A stretch of DNA of 64,000 bases from Nostoc sp. DedSLP01 (GCA_034530875.2 JAVRCJ020000013.1:32001-96000); one strand, 5' to 3'; positions 43,213 through 53,744 are shown, counted from the stretch's first letter. Made by a program: numbers and translations. The notes: a model not told the origin generated them from the sequence alone.

Positions 43213-43232
43213 TAGGCGTACCCCTTGTAGAC
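43213..43232. mobile_element. 20-nt SDR5-like element inserted in a HIP1 octamer
   Basis: GCG|TAGGCGTACCCCTTGTAGAC|ATCGC; shares both ends with 42656-42677. Confidence 0.75.
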
Positions 43233-43327
43233 ATCGCTTTTACGAATAAATCCCCGATCCAAGAATCATTAGGATTAGTTACGGTTTGTAAGGATACACA
43301 GCAATCTACCCTAAATGAGTTGATATA

Positions 43328-43702
43328 ATTGAGAAAGATTCTCTATTAGTAAAAAGGAGTAACCCTTAATTTAGTAACACCTGCCTATGATGAATTGCTT
43401 ATTGACATTGATTTAACCAACCTCCGGAAGACCAAGAACTGTAAATAAAATATATAGATTATCAACTACTTGCATTTGTTATTGACTTCAGTTACAGTCA
43501 AGGCAGATGCCTTACATCTAATCCTGATATGATTTTCAGGAAGTTAGATATAGGTAACAGGGTAAATAATAGATTTGTTAATACTGATATTTAGCGATCT
43601 GTTACTCACCCATCACATAGAGTAGGTATCGCCATAAGCCGGTTGACTGCATCAAATCTAGTTATTTTTATTTTTCTCAAAATATTGAGAATTATTGGCA
43701 AT
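43328..43702. promoter_or_regulatory. Two Fur-box-like 19-bp inverted repeats upstream of the sucrase/ferredoxin gene
   Basis: ATTGAGAAAGATTCTCTAT (43328-43346) and ATTGAGAATTATTGGCAAT (43684-43702). Confidence 0.45.
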
Positions 43703-44060
43703 ATGTATACCTAGATAGATACATTAGAATATTTGATTTTGCTAAAAAAAATAAATTTACAAAAGCCAAGTTTCAGTAAGGGAAAATTTATGAAATACCA
43801 AATAATAATAAAACTAAATACAAAATTAATGTTGGCGTTACGGAAAAATGTATCTTGACACTGTTTGTCTTTATTGTGGAGAATTGATTAATTAGCAAAA
43901 CATTAATCAACAATGATGTTATAAAATGGCTACCTAGTTTTAACTGGGAAAATCCATACTGTTCTTTTATATTTCCTTGATTCAAGGATATTGTAGCGAA
44001 GAACACAACTGTAGCAAACAACACATTCTGTCCATCAAATAAACTAATGAGAATAGTTAA

Positions 44061-45038
44061 ATGAGTACCTTTTTTTGTTCCGATCGTTCGCGGCAAATAG
44101 GAGAAGAAATTATTGGTAGCGCCACCAATTACAAAACTTATGTTTTAGTTGAATGCCCTCCTCCTTGGACATCAGAAGCTTTTAATTCTAAATGGGTGCC
44201 TGAGAATTTAAAAATATTAATAGAGGAAGTTAAGCGTGCTAAACTACCGATTAGATTCCTCTTAATTGCTAACGATCTATCGCACAAAGTCAACCAAACT
44301 ACACTTTTGATTTATGAAAGAAAAGATGGGTTTAGTAATGGTTATCATAAACAGGAATTTATACTACCTAGTATTGAGCAAGTAGCAGCAGTCGTACAAA
44401 AATGGTTATGGGGTATTGGCTCTAATTCTGAAGTTGAAAGTAGTGCTACTAGAGATATTTTAGTGTGTACCCACGGTAGCCATGATAAGTGCTGTGCCAG
44501 ATATGGAAATCCCTTTTATTTTCATGCTACAGCGACTATTTCTGATTTAGGCTTAGACAATGTGCGGATTTGGAAATCATCGCACGTTGGCGGACATAGG
44601 TTTGCACCAACAGTTATAGACTTGCCAGAAGGAAGATACTACGGTAATCTCGATATAGATTCATTTACATCTATTTTGACTCATACTGGCGATATTCAAT
44701 GCTTAGATAAAGTCTATCGAGGTTGGGGAATTTTGCCTGCTGCGCTTCAAACTTTGGAAAAAGAACTAATTCTCAGTGAAGGATGGGATTGGTTTAATTA
44801 CAAAGTTGCAGGCAAAATTTTAGAACAAAGTTTAGACAATAATACGATTCTAGGCGAACTAAGTTTTGAAAAAGCTTCTGGTTCTCTCTACACTTACCAA
44901 GCGAAACTTGTGAAAGATATAACCAAGGCTCAAAAAATTAAGAGTTCATGCAATGCTGCACAAGAGTCAGTAATTACTAAATATGCTGTAGTTAACGCTT
45001 GGCTGACTTCTAGTAAGGTAATGAGTTTTAGTGCGTAA
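44061..45038 (+). CDS. Sucrase/ferredoxin-like (thioredoxin-like [2Fe-2S]) protein
   Basis: LVCTHGSHDKCCARYG, SSHVGGHRFAP, LPEGRYYG. Confidence 0.9.
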   Translation: MSTFFCSDRSRQIGEEIIGSATNYKTYVLVECPPPWTSEAFNSKWVPENLKILIEEVKRAKLPIRFLLIANDLSHKVNQTTLLIYERKDGFSNGYHKQEFILPSIEQVAAVVQKWLWGIGSNSEVESSATRDILVCTHGSHDKCCARYGNPFYFHATATISDLGLDNVRIWKSSHVGGHRFAPTVIDLPEGRYYGNLDIDSFTSILTHTGDIQCLDKVYRGWGILPAALQTLEKELILSEGWDWFNYKVAGKILEQSLDNNTILGELSFEKASGSLYTYQAKLVKDITKAQKIKSSCNAAQESVITKYAVVNAWLTSSKVMSFSA

Positions 45039-45211
45039 ATAGGAGTCAGGAGTGAGAAGTCAGAATTCACAATGCAATTAGTGAGGGATTTAGACCCGCG
45101 CTTATTTTACAAAGTATGAATTGTTAATGTAGAGATGTAAAATTTTACGTCTCTACAAGAGTTTTAGTTGCAACTCACTCTGAATTCTGATTCCTGAGTT
45201 CTGAATTCTTG

Positions 45212-46801
45212 TTAAGCCATATTCAAGACTTTTCGTAATAGCGCTTGGTCTTCTATTTTGGCTTTTAAACGACCATTTTCGATATCTCGAATCCAGCTTT
45301 GGCTTTTACCTGCAAGCTTGGCTAATTCTCTTTGGGAGAGGTTTAAATTTTTTCGCGCTTCCAAAATTTGTTCGCCTAGCAAATCGCCTGTGGCTGTAGG
45401 CTTTCTTTTATTCTTAACGCCTCGCCGCTGCTTTTTCTGGGATTCTGAGATTTGTTGTTCCCATTCTGGTGGTAGTTCAAAAGCTAAAATCCGCGCATTC
45501 ATTAGCAGATTCCACTTCCCACGAGGGCCTGTGTCTGTGAGGCGAGTTTCGGCACCGCCGTCATTTGTCCAAAATTCTAATGCTTCGTCTGGATCTTCGG
45601 GAATATCCATTAACTTGGCCCACAAAGGTTGAATTTCTGGTGGGTAGGTAATTGGGTCGAAGATTGGTTTCATTCCGTAATGATTGAGAATTTCCAAATC
45701 GCTTTCAAAAGTTCGTAGCAAGCGTTTGCGTTCTTCGCGTTGTCTGGATGCAACGCCGACTTTTTCTTCACCGTAAGCAATACGCAGCAAAGTGGGAACA
45801 GTGATGCGTTGTTCTTTGCCCATTTTGGTTTTGAACAGCAACCACAACATGAGTCGGACTGCTCCTTCATGTTGCTGCCAAATACTCATGACTGTGGTTA
45901 GCAGGGTTTTAGGGAGACTGCCATATTGATAGAAGGCGGTTCGCTCTTTACATGCTTGTTTGTTTAAGAAATATTGCGCCCAAATACCAGCTTTGACTTT
46001 AAAAGTTAGCCCAATCAGATATTTGCATCCGAGAGCGTCTTCTTGAAAGTGGTGCTGAATGTCCACTAAGTGCCATAAACGGGTTTGTGTGACAGAGAAT
46101 CCGTTAACTCGGCCTTGTTGAGGCCATTCTATAGAGATAATCAGCGAACAAGCTTGCTGGACAAGATTTTTCATTAAAGCTAGCTTGGCAGCTTTGTTTA
46201 AATCTTTGCGTTTCTCCATCCCCAAATATTTTTCGATTTGGCGTTCGTCGATCGCAAATTCTTGTTCCCAAGGTTTATCTAAGGCTGTGGCATAAGCCGC
46301 AAAAATTAGATGTATGCAAGCAGCTCTAATATCCAGTCCCTCAATTGCGGCTAAATCTCTAGCCTTGTCGTTCACCTGAAATGGATCTTGGATGTGAAAA
46401 GCGATCGCTCCTTTTCCTTGATTTACTTGTCTGCCATAACACAAGTAACCTTCTTCATCGCTTTCCCAATTTAAAGATGTGCGCTGCGCTAGTACATTGC
46501 AAGCTTCCCAAATGGCGATCGCTGAAGCAAATGGATTATTCTTTCCGTTAGAAAACAAGTCTAAGCTAGTAGCATTTCTCGGCTCAACTTTGCATCTCCC
46601 TTTTTTCGCCTGCCAAGGAATCGGAGAATTAGTTGGACAGGCAATTACGCATTGTGGTTTTGGATAATAACCCTCACAATTGTTACAAAGATAAGGATCG
46701 ATCCAATATTCATCGTCCTCTAGTTTGATTGCACCCGTAGGACATTGGGGGCGGCAGTTGTCACATCCAACGCAACTGTTGTTAGGAATCGTGTAAGGCA
46801 T
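45212..46801 (-). CDS. patB: Nitrogen-fixation transcriptional activator PatB/CnfR
   Basis: N-terminal 4Fe-4S motifs (CVGCDNCRPQCP; CNNC...CVIACP), C-terminal XRE HTH (LSQRELAKLAGKSQSWIRDIENGR), 529 aa, divergent from fdxB-cox2. Confidence 0.95.
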   Translation of the reverse strand: MPYTIPNNSCVGCDNCRPQCPTGAIKLEDDEYWIDPYLCNNCEGYYPKPQCVIACPTNSPIPWQAKKGRCKVEPRNATSLDLFSNGKNNPFASAIAIWEACNVLAQRTSLNWESDEEGYLCYGRQVNQGKGAIAFHIQDPFQVNDKARDLAAIEGLDIRAACIHLIFAAYATALDKPWEQEFAIDERQIEKYLGMEKRKDLNKAAKLALMKNLVQQACSLIISIEWPQQGRVNGFSVTQTRLWHLVDIQHHFQEDALGCKYLIGLTFKVKAGIWAQYFLNKQACKERTAFYQYGSLPKTLLTTVMSIWQQHEGAVRLMLWLLFKTKMGKEQRITVPTLLRIAYGEEKVGVASRQREERKRLLRTFESDLEILNHYGMKPIFDPITYPPEIQPLWAKLMDIPEDPDEALEFWTNDGGAETRLTDTGPRGKWNLLMNARILAFELPPEWEQQISESQKKQRRGVKNKRKPTATGDLLGEQILEARKNLNLSQRELAKLAGKSQSWIRDIENGRLKAKIEDQALLRKVLNMA

Positions 46802-47742
46802 AATGGCTCTGTTCCCACTCTAATCGTTGAGATGTCTGGCTCAGGTCTCCCCTGGATGAGTCCTGTTTATTCATCACTCGCTACCAATTATCTTTATGGC
46901 GAGAATAATCTTTTCTCACCACACGAAATTCCCCACATCCGTATTTGACTTTGCATCCAATTGAAAGCTGTGTAAGGCTTTCAAGCCGAGCCTAAGATTA
47001 CTTCTTTATTAACTATACATTTCATAAATAAAATAATTAAGTTGTTCGTAATGAGCTTAGAAAAAAACTTAACATTTATGTAAATATGTACTTAACGAAC
47101 ATTTTATTTTTAACCGCAAAACCTTAACCAAAGTCTTTTTAGTCAGCATTTAAATCTAGGAGAATTACTTTTGAACTTATTTATTAATAATTTTAATATT
47201 TAACCCTTCATAATATTCTGCTATAAACTTTACAGTTCCTTCATGATAAGCTCCCTTTCTTGTAGGTAAACACAAGAAAACAATAATCTGTACTTTGACA
47301 ACATTTATCTCAATGTTTTAATGAAAGGCTAAATACAAAATTGTTGCTTTAGAAAATACATATCGCAGATATATAAATGTAACTAACAAACATTTGATTT
47401 AGTATATTGCGATACTGTTTTTCTCTCTTTTTTGACCTCACTCTCAAAATATTTGAAAAAGAATCTCATCATTTTCAGAGAAAGATTTATATCTTCTGAA
47501 AAGAATAGTTGTTAACGATAAAGGTTTAACAAAGATTTTATTCATGAAATTTACATCATAATTATTGGCAATCAATTTCATCTATAAAATTTAAACTCAA
47601 AATAATGTAATTTTTAAACTAAAAGTCATCAAAATTTGACGACTAAAAAACATTATTGATTCCTCAAAAAAAGAAAATATTAGGATAAGATAATGATTAA
47701 AGTAGGAACAGATTTCAAGGCAAAATTGCCGAGGATTAATTC

Positions 47743-48036
47743 ATGGCACAACTAACAGGTTTGACATTTGGTGGTAAGGCTTGGACACCTAAATTTGCTC
47801 AAGAAATTGACAAAGACAAATGTATCGGCTGTGGCAGATGTATTAAAGTATGCGGATACAATGTACTAGGTTTGAAAGCACTCAACGAAGAAGGTGAATT
47901 TGTAGAAGATGAAGATGATGAAGAAATTGAACGTAAAGTAATGGCAGTTAGTAATCCAGAAAACTGTATTGGTTGTGAAGCTTGTTCGCGGATTTGTCCC
48001 AAGAATTGCTACACCCATGTTGCATTAAACAACTAA
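47743..48036 (+). CDS. fdxB: Nif-specific ferredoxin III
   Basis: [16 protein letters not shown], acidic linker, [15 protein letters not shown]. Confidence 0.93.
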   Translation: MAQLTGLTFGGKAWTPKFAQEIDKDKCIGCGRCIKVCGYNVLGLKALNEEGEFVEDEDDEEIERKVMAVSNPENCIGCEACSRICPKNCYTHVALNN

Positions 48037-48630
48037 CATTTTTGGAGTTACTTAATATTGTTGTTCGTCCAAGGAGGCACTGTTTGTATAAAGGGTAAAT
48101 GCCCTAAGCAAGGTAACTAGAGGGGAATTGCCGCTGCGCGCAAGTCAAAAGGCAAAAGGCAAAAGGCTTTTATTTTATGCTTTATTTGCGTAGTGTTGTA
48201 TTTAATATTTACTGGAACTAGTAAAAAGTTCGCAGTAGACAAATGCGTAAATCGTAATATGTTAATTATTGACAAATTTAAACTTGCTGTTAGTATAGCC
48301 CGAATGATTTTAAAACAAACAGTGTCCTCTGGAACAACTATCTTTTCAGGAAGCCTTGAGCTTCCTTTGTCATAGAAGTTGAAATATAATTGAAAATTTT
48401 TTGGGGGAAAGATATGAAAAAAATCTGGAAGTTTCCCCCATTTTTTATAGCTGCACGTTAGAAAGTTAATAAGTGAAAACAAAAAACACTGCCCTGTGAA
48501 AGGGAATGGGGAGATGAGGGAGTGAGGGAGACGCGGGGACGCGGAGAATAATGAACGCTCAATGCCCAATGCCCAATGCCCAATATCCAGAAAATCACAC
48601 GTTAAAAGACGCTTTACAGAGCAGGTATGT

Positions 48631-49614
48631 ATGCAACAAGTTCCTGTTTCACTATGGACTCTGGTTGCTGGGATAGTAGTCACAGCAATTAGTATTTGGG
48701 TTGGTCACAACCACACTCTACTGCCGGTACAAGCATCGGAACAAGCGCCTTTGGTAGACGGTTTTTTCAATGTGATGTTTACCATTGCGATCGCTCTCTT
48801 CTTAGTGGTGGAAGGAACAATTATCATTTTTTTAGTGAAGTATCGTCGGCGTCCGGGAGATGACACCGATGGCTTACCAGTAGAAGGCAACTTGCCTTTA
48901 GAAGTTTTTTGGACAGCAATTCCCACAATTATTGTCTTGTGTTTAGGCATCTACAGCGTAGATGTTTTTAACCGTATGGGAGGCTTTGAAGCTGCTGGTC
49001 ATCCACATTCAGTAGCTCATGTTCATCATACGAGTGGGAGTGCCATTGCAGCTACCCTAAATGACACCCCCGAAGCAACAACAGCTTCACAAATCGGTTT
49101 TGGTGCCTCTCCTACTAGCGAAGGCAAACCAGCTGACTTAGTTGTTGATGTCAAAGGCATACAGTACGCTTGGATATTTAACTATCCTGAAAGTGGCATT
49201 ACTTCAGGAGAATTGCACATTCCTGTCGGTGCTGACGTGCAACTCAACCTCTCAGCAAGTGATGTAATTCACTCATTTTGGGTGCCAAACTTCCGGCTGA
49301 AGCAAGACGCACTACCCGGTATCCCTACTCAATTAAGATTTGTCGCTACCAAACCAGGCACATATCCCGTAGTTTGTGCTGAATTGTGCGGTGGTTACCA
49401 CGGCTCGATGCGGACACAGGTAATTGTCCACACATCAGAAGAATATCAAAGCTGGTTGACAGAAAACCAAGTTGCTCAAAAGGAAAACTCACAAATTGTT
49501 GCAGTTAATTCTGCTGAGTTATCAACCTCAGAGTTTCTAGCACCTCACGTCCACGATATGGGGATTAGTGCTGCAACTCTAGAGTCAGTGGTTATGGCAG
49601 GCAATAGGCAATAG
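48631..49614 (+). CDS. coxB2: Cytochrome c oxidase subunit II (heterocyst cox2 type)
   Basis: LEVFWTAIP, QYAW, DVIHSFW, CAELCGGYHGSM (CuA); start at MQQVP. Confidence 0.93.
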   Translation: MQQVPVSLWTLVAGIVVTAISIWVGHNHTLLPVQASEQAPLVDGFFNVMFTIAIALFLVVEGTIIIFLVKYRRRPGDDTDGLPVEGNLPLEVFWTAIPTIIVLCLGIYSVDVFNRMGGFEAAGHPHSVAHVHHTSGSAIAATLNDTPEATTASQIGFGASPTSEGKPADLVVDVKGIQYAWIFNYPESGITSGELHIPVGADVQLNLSASDVIHSFWVPNFRLKQDALPGIPTQLRFVATKPGTYPVVCAELCGGYHGSMRTQVIVHTSEEYQSWLTENQVAQKENSQIVAVNSAELSTSEFLAPHVHDMGISAATLESVVMAGNRQ

Positions 49615-49676
49615 GCAACAGTCAAGAGTCAAAACTTTGGACATTTGACCGTGAACTCTGCATAGCAGGAAAAAAT

Positions 49677-51368
49677 ATGACACAGGTAGAATTTCCACCG
49701 AACACTCCACCAGAAAAAAAGAAACCGGAAACTCTGGCGATCGCCCACACTTCTCATCAACAGGCGTGGAGATGGCAAGATTATTTCACATTTAATATCG
49801 ATCACAAGGTTATTGGTATCCAATATCTTGTTACGGCGTTTGTGTTCTATCTCATTGGCGGACTGATGGCGATGGCCATCCGTGTCGAATTAGCAACACC
49901 TGATGCAGATTTACTCGACCCCAATCTGTATAACGCTTTTATGACTAATCACGGGACGATTATGATCTTCCTGTGGATCGTTCCCAGTGCCATTGGGGGT
50001 TTTGGTAACTTCTTAGTACCCTTGATGGTTGGTGCTAGGGATATGGCTTTCCCCAAGCTGAACGCGATCGCCTTTTGGTTAAACCCACCAGCAGGTGCCC
50101 TGATATTAGGTAGTTTCCTGTTTGGTGGTTCGCAATCAGGTTGGACAGCTTACCCACCTTTGAGCTTGGTGACAGCACCCATCGCCCAAACAATGTGGAT
50201 ACTGGCGATCGTTTTGGTAGGAACTTCTTCAATTTTGGGTTCGCTGAACTTTGTCATCACCATTTTGATGATGAAGGTTCCCAGCATGAAATGGGATCAG
50301 CTGCCCCTGTTTTGCTGGGCAATCTTGGCAACCTCCGTTCTGGCGCTAGTTTCCACACCTGTATTAGCAGCAGGTTTAATTCTGCTATTGTTTGACCTCA
50401 ACTTTGGCACTTCCTTCTTTAAACCAGATGCAGGCGGTAACGTTGTAATTTACCAACACTTATTCTGGTTTTATTCCCACCCGGCAGTATATTTAATGAT
50501 TCTGCCTATCTTCGGCATTATGTCCGAGGTGATTCCAGTCCACGCACGTAAGCCAATTTTTGGTTATAAAGCGATCGCTTATTCCAGTTTGGCAATCTGC
50601 GTCGTCGGTTTGTTCGTCTGGGTACACCACATGTTTACCAGCGGTACGCCCGGATGGATGCGGATGTTCTTCACCATTTCCACTCTAATAGTTGCCGTTC
50701 CCACTGGCGTTAAGATTTTCGGCTGGGTTGCTACCCTTTGGGGTGGTAAAATTCGCTTCACCAGCGCCATGCTTTTCGCCATTGGCTTGTTATCCATGTT
50801 CGTCATGGGCGGCTTAAGCGGCGTGACAATGGGAACAGCCCCCTTTGATGTTCACGTCCACGACACCTATTATGTAGTTGCACACTTCCACTACGTTCTA
50901 TTTGGTGGTTCCGTGTTTGGCATTTATGCCGGTATTTATCACTGGTTCCCCAAAATGACCGGACGGATGTTGAATGAAACCTGGGGACGCATTCACTTTT
51001 TCCTCACCTTAATCGGCACAAATTTAACTTTCCTACCCATGCACGAATTGGGTTTACAAGGAATGCCGCGTAGAGTTGCTATGTATGACCCCCAATTCAT
51101 CGACCTGAATCAAATTTGTACCTTTGGTTCATTTGTTTTAGGAATATCAGTAATTCCCTTCACCATCAACATTATTCAAAGTTGGATTAAGGGACAGCCA
51201 GCAGGTGATAATCCTTGGAATGGTTTGACTTTGGAATGGACAACTAGTTCGCCACCTGCGATTGAAAACTGGGAAGTGTTGCCGGTTGTCACTCACGGGC
51301 CTTATGACTACGGTCACGATCGCAGCACTGAAGTACAGCCAGCAGCGACACCGGAAGCTAGTGCTTAG
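49677..51368 (+). CDS. coxA2: Cytochrome c oxidase subunit I
   Basis: DHKVIG, GWTAYPPL, FWFYSHPAVY, VWVHHMF, HDTYYVVAHFHY. Confidence 0.96.
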   Translation: MTQVEFPPNTPPEKKKPETLAIAHTSHQQAWRWQDYFTFNIDHKVIGIQYLVTAFVFYLIGGLMAMAIRVELATPDADLLDPNLYNAFMTNHGTIMIFLWIVPSAIGGFGNFLVPLMVGARDMAFPKLNAIAFWLNPPAGALILGSFLFGGSQSGWTAYPPLSLVTAPIAQTMWILAIVLVGTSSILGSLNFVITILMMKVPSMKWDQLPLFCWAILATSVLALVSTPVLAAGLILLLFDLNFGTSFFKPDAGGNVVIYQHLFWFYSHPAVYLMILPIFGIMSEVIPVHARKPIFGYKAIAYSSLAICVVGLFVWVHHMFTSGTPGWMRMFFTISTLIVAVPTGVKIFGWVATLWGGKIRFTSAMLFAIGLLSMFVMGGLSGVTMGTAPFDVHVHDTYYVVAHFHYVLFGGSVFGIYAGIYHWFPKMTGRMLNETWGRIHFFLTLIGTNLTFLPMHELGLQGMPRRVAMYDPQFIDLNQICTFGSFVLGISVIPFTINIIQSWIKGQPAGDNPWNGLTLEWTTSSPPAIENWEVLPVVTHGPYDYGHDRSTEVQPAATPEASA

Positions 51369-51525
51369 TAAAGTTTTCGTGGCGAATTGAGAGTTGAAAT
51401 TTAAACGCAAAGAAGCGCAGAGGTACGCAGAGAATTTGCTACTGGGCGGGCTAATTGAAAATCATCTTAGATATTAGCCCAGTCCCCATTACCCAGTCCC
51501 CAATCACCTTTTTGCCAACAAATCT

Positions 51526-52122
51526 ATGACTATAGCGACAACAGAACATGAAAGTGCAGGACATCACGAAGAACATCCAGATTTAAGAGTTTGGGGACTG
51601 TTGACATTCCTCGTCTCTGAATCGCTGATGTTCGGCGGATTTTTTGCCACGTATTTGTTTTTCCGCAGCAGTACGGCAGTTTGGCCGCCGGAAGGAACAG
51701 AAGTAGAGTTATTTGTGCCGACGATTAACACCATTATTCTGGTGTCGAGTAGTTTCGTCATTCACTTCGGCGATACGGCGATTAAAAAGAATAATGTCAA
51801 GGGAATGCAACTGTGGTACACAATTACTGCCATCATGGGAGCAATTTTCTTGATTGGTCAGGCTTATGAGTACGCAACTTTAGGCTACGGTCTGACTACC
51901 AATGTTTTCGCTAACTGCTTTTATTTGATGACAGGCTTCCACGGTTTGCACGTGTTTGTGGGACTGTTATTAATTTTAGCTGTGTTGTGGCGATCGCGTA
52001 TTCCCGGTTTATATACTGCCAAAAATCACACCTTCATCGAAATGGCAGAAATTTACTGGCACTTCGTAGACATTATTTGGATTGTTCTCTTTACTTTAGT
52101 GTACATTCTTACACTGTTTTAA
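51526..52122 (+). CDS. coxC2: Cytochrome c oxidase subunit III
   Basis: FLVSESLMFGGFF, TGFHGLHV, YWHFVD. Confidence 0.95.
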   Translation: MTIATTEHESAGHHEEHPDLRVWGLLTFLVSESLMFGGFFATYLFFRSSTAVWPPEGTEVELFVPTINTIILVSSSFVIHFGDTAIKKNNVKGMQLWYTITAIMGAIFLIGQAYEYATLGYGLTTNVFANCFYLMTGFHGLHVFVGLLLILAVLWRSRIPGLYTAKNHTFIEMAEIYWHFVDIIWIVLFTLVYILTLF

Positions 52123-52235
52123 AAGTGAGTAGGGAGTAGGGAGTGGGGAATTAGGAATTATTCTCCTTGCCCTTTTATCCGCTTGTCTCCCTACTCCCCA
52201 TTCCCCATTCCCCACTCCCTATTCAGGAGTTAATT

Positions 52236-52721
52236 ATGCAACTCAATACGAATAAATTCTCATGGTTCCAGGTTCCTGATGATATCAAAAATTTATTAAT
52301 TTTAGCTGCAAAAAATTGGGAAAATACATCAGAATCGGAAAAATATATTCAACAAGCACTAGCTAAAACTGGTGAAAATACAGACGTTTTGGTTGCAGCA
52401 TATAGATTTTTTTACTACAAAAATAATTATTGCCTTGCACTACAAACAACAACTAAATTATTAGATAAAATTAAAGAAATAGAAAAATTCCCTGACGACT
52501 GGGAGCAACTTAAGCCGATATTAGTCAATCGCAAAGAAGACCCACAAATTCGATTGTACTTGAATGCTTATGCTGCTTCTGGATTGGTTCTAGCAAAGTT
52601 AGGAGCAATAGACCAAGCAAAAGAAATCAGCGCCAGAGTCAAAGAAATAGACGAAAAGCATGATTTCGGAGCCGGTATTTTGCTGGATATTTTGACACGT
52701 CCAGCAGAAGAAGACGATTAA
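52236..52721 (+). CDS. Conserved helical (TPR-like) protein of nif/cox2 clusters
   Basis: AGGAG RBS; VLVAAYRFFYY...LYLNAYAASGLVL. Confidence 0.8.
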   Translation: MQLNTNKFSWFQVPDDIKNLLILAAKNWENTSESEKYIQQALAKTGENTDVLVAAYRFFYYKNNYCLALQTTTKLLDKIKEIEKFPDDWEQLKPILVNRKEDPQIRLYLNAYAASGLVLAKLGAIDQAKEISARVKEIDEKHDFGAGILLDILTRPAEEDD

Positions 52722-52857
52722 TTAATTTGTGGGGAGTGGGGAATAGGGAATAGGGAGTGGGGGATGAGGGAGACAATAACTCTTAACTCCTAACTCTAAA
52801 CTTCTAACTCCCCACTCCCCACTCACCACTCCCCTCTTTCAATCAAGGTGAAATTTC

Positions 52858-53025
52858 ATGAACAATTGGTTATCTACTTCATCTTTGTCTTATTCCCTTT
52901 TAGGAAGTGGGAGTAATAATAATCCTATCATTCCTCCTATCTACATACCTGCTACACCACCTATAGGTAGTCTTCCTAATGTTTCTCCGATTATTATCAT
53001 CCAATCTTCTCAAACAAGATTTTAA
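52858..53025 (+). CDS. Putative 55-aa Ser/Pro/Ile-rich small protein (not in ORF track)
   Basis: AAGGTG RBS 7 nt before ATG; MNNWLSTSSLSYSLLGSGSNNNPIIPPIYIPATPPIGSLPNVSPIIIIQSSQTRF*; stops 5 nt before the cupin ATG. Confidence 0.55.
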   Translation: MNNWLSTSSLSYSLLGSGSNNNPIIPPIYIPATPPIGSLPNVSPIIIIQSSQTRF

Positions 53026-53030
53026 CAGTT

Positions 53031-53642
53031 ATGAAAGGTAGGGATTGGCTATTAACGGGAAACGGTCAGTATCAAGCGTGTAAATCTGTGAGAGCATGGG
53101 ATTTATTGAGAGATAATTACCGCGTTTATCGGTTTTTAACTGAGGTGGAAGATGTTCTCAATAATGTGGAAGATGAATCGAGTTGTTTGCCAGAAATTCG
53201 GATGCTCGTTAGACGCTTGATCGTCAATTCCTACTGGGTGCGGAGTCAGTATTTAGAACCTTCTCCCAAAACGGGAACTTCTGTTTTACTCCTATATGAT
53301 GAATTGGGTTTTCCATTAACGGTGCAAACAGTAACATTTGCACCAGGAACCAAATCAACTATTCATAATCATGGAACGTGGGGAGTAGTAGCGGTGTTAA
53401 AAGGTCAGGAAAAAAATACTTTTTGGCAACGCACTCAGAGTTCAGAATCTCAAGACAAAATTGAATACACGGGAGAACTAACTTTATTTCCAGGAGATAT
53501 TATTAGCTTTACTCCCGATGCAATTCACTGTGTAGAAGCACTGGGCGATGAACCTACTGTGACTTTTAACATTTACGGTGAAACCGACCCTAAAGAAAGA
53601 TTTGAGTTTGACTTTCTTACCCAGAAAGCGAAGAAATTTTAA
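53031..53642 (+). CDS. Cupin, cysteine-dioxygenase-like
   Basis: TIHNHGTWGVV and IHCV metal-His motifs, FNIYG. Confidence 0.82.
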   Translation: MKGRDWLLTGNGQYQACKSVRAWDLLRDNYRVYRFLTEVEDVLNNVEDESSCLPEIRMLVRRLIVNSYWVRSQYLEPSPKTGTSVLLLYDELGFPLTVQTVTFAPGTKSTIHNHGTWGVVAVLKGQEKNTFWQRTQSSESQDKIEYTGELTLFPGDIISFTPDAIHCVEALGDEPTVTFNIYGETDPKERFEFDFLTQKAKKF

Positions 53643-53744
53643 AGAGAATTCAGAATTCAGGATTCAGAATTCTTTGTAGAGACGCGATGAATCGCGTCTT
53701 CTTCCCCCAAATTACGGATTACGAATTGTTATGGAGGTAGTTGT

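Noticed and set aside
43788..44096. 102-aa minus-strand ORF
   Set aside because: Low-complexity AT-rich translation overlapping the start of the ferredoxin-like gene
48117..48683. 188-aa minus-strand ORF and the coxB2 N-terminal extension from 48562
   Set aside because: Span promoter DNA and AATGCCC/GGGAG repeats; coxB2 more plausibly starts at 48631
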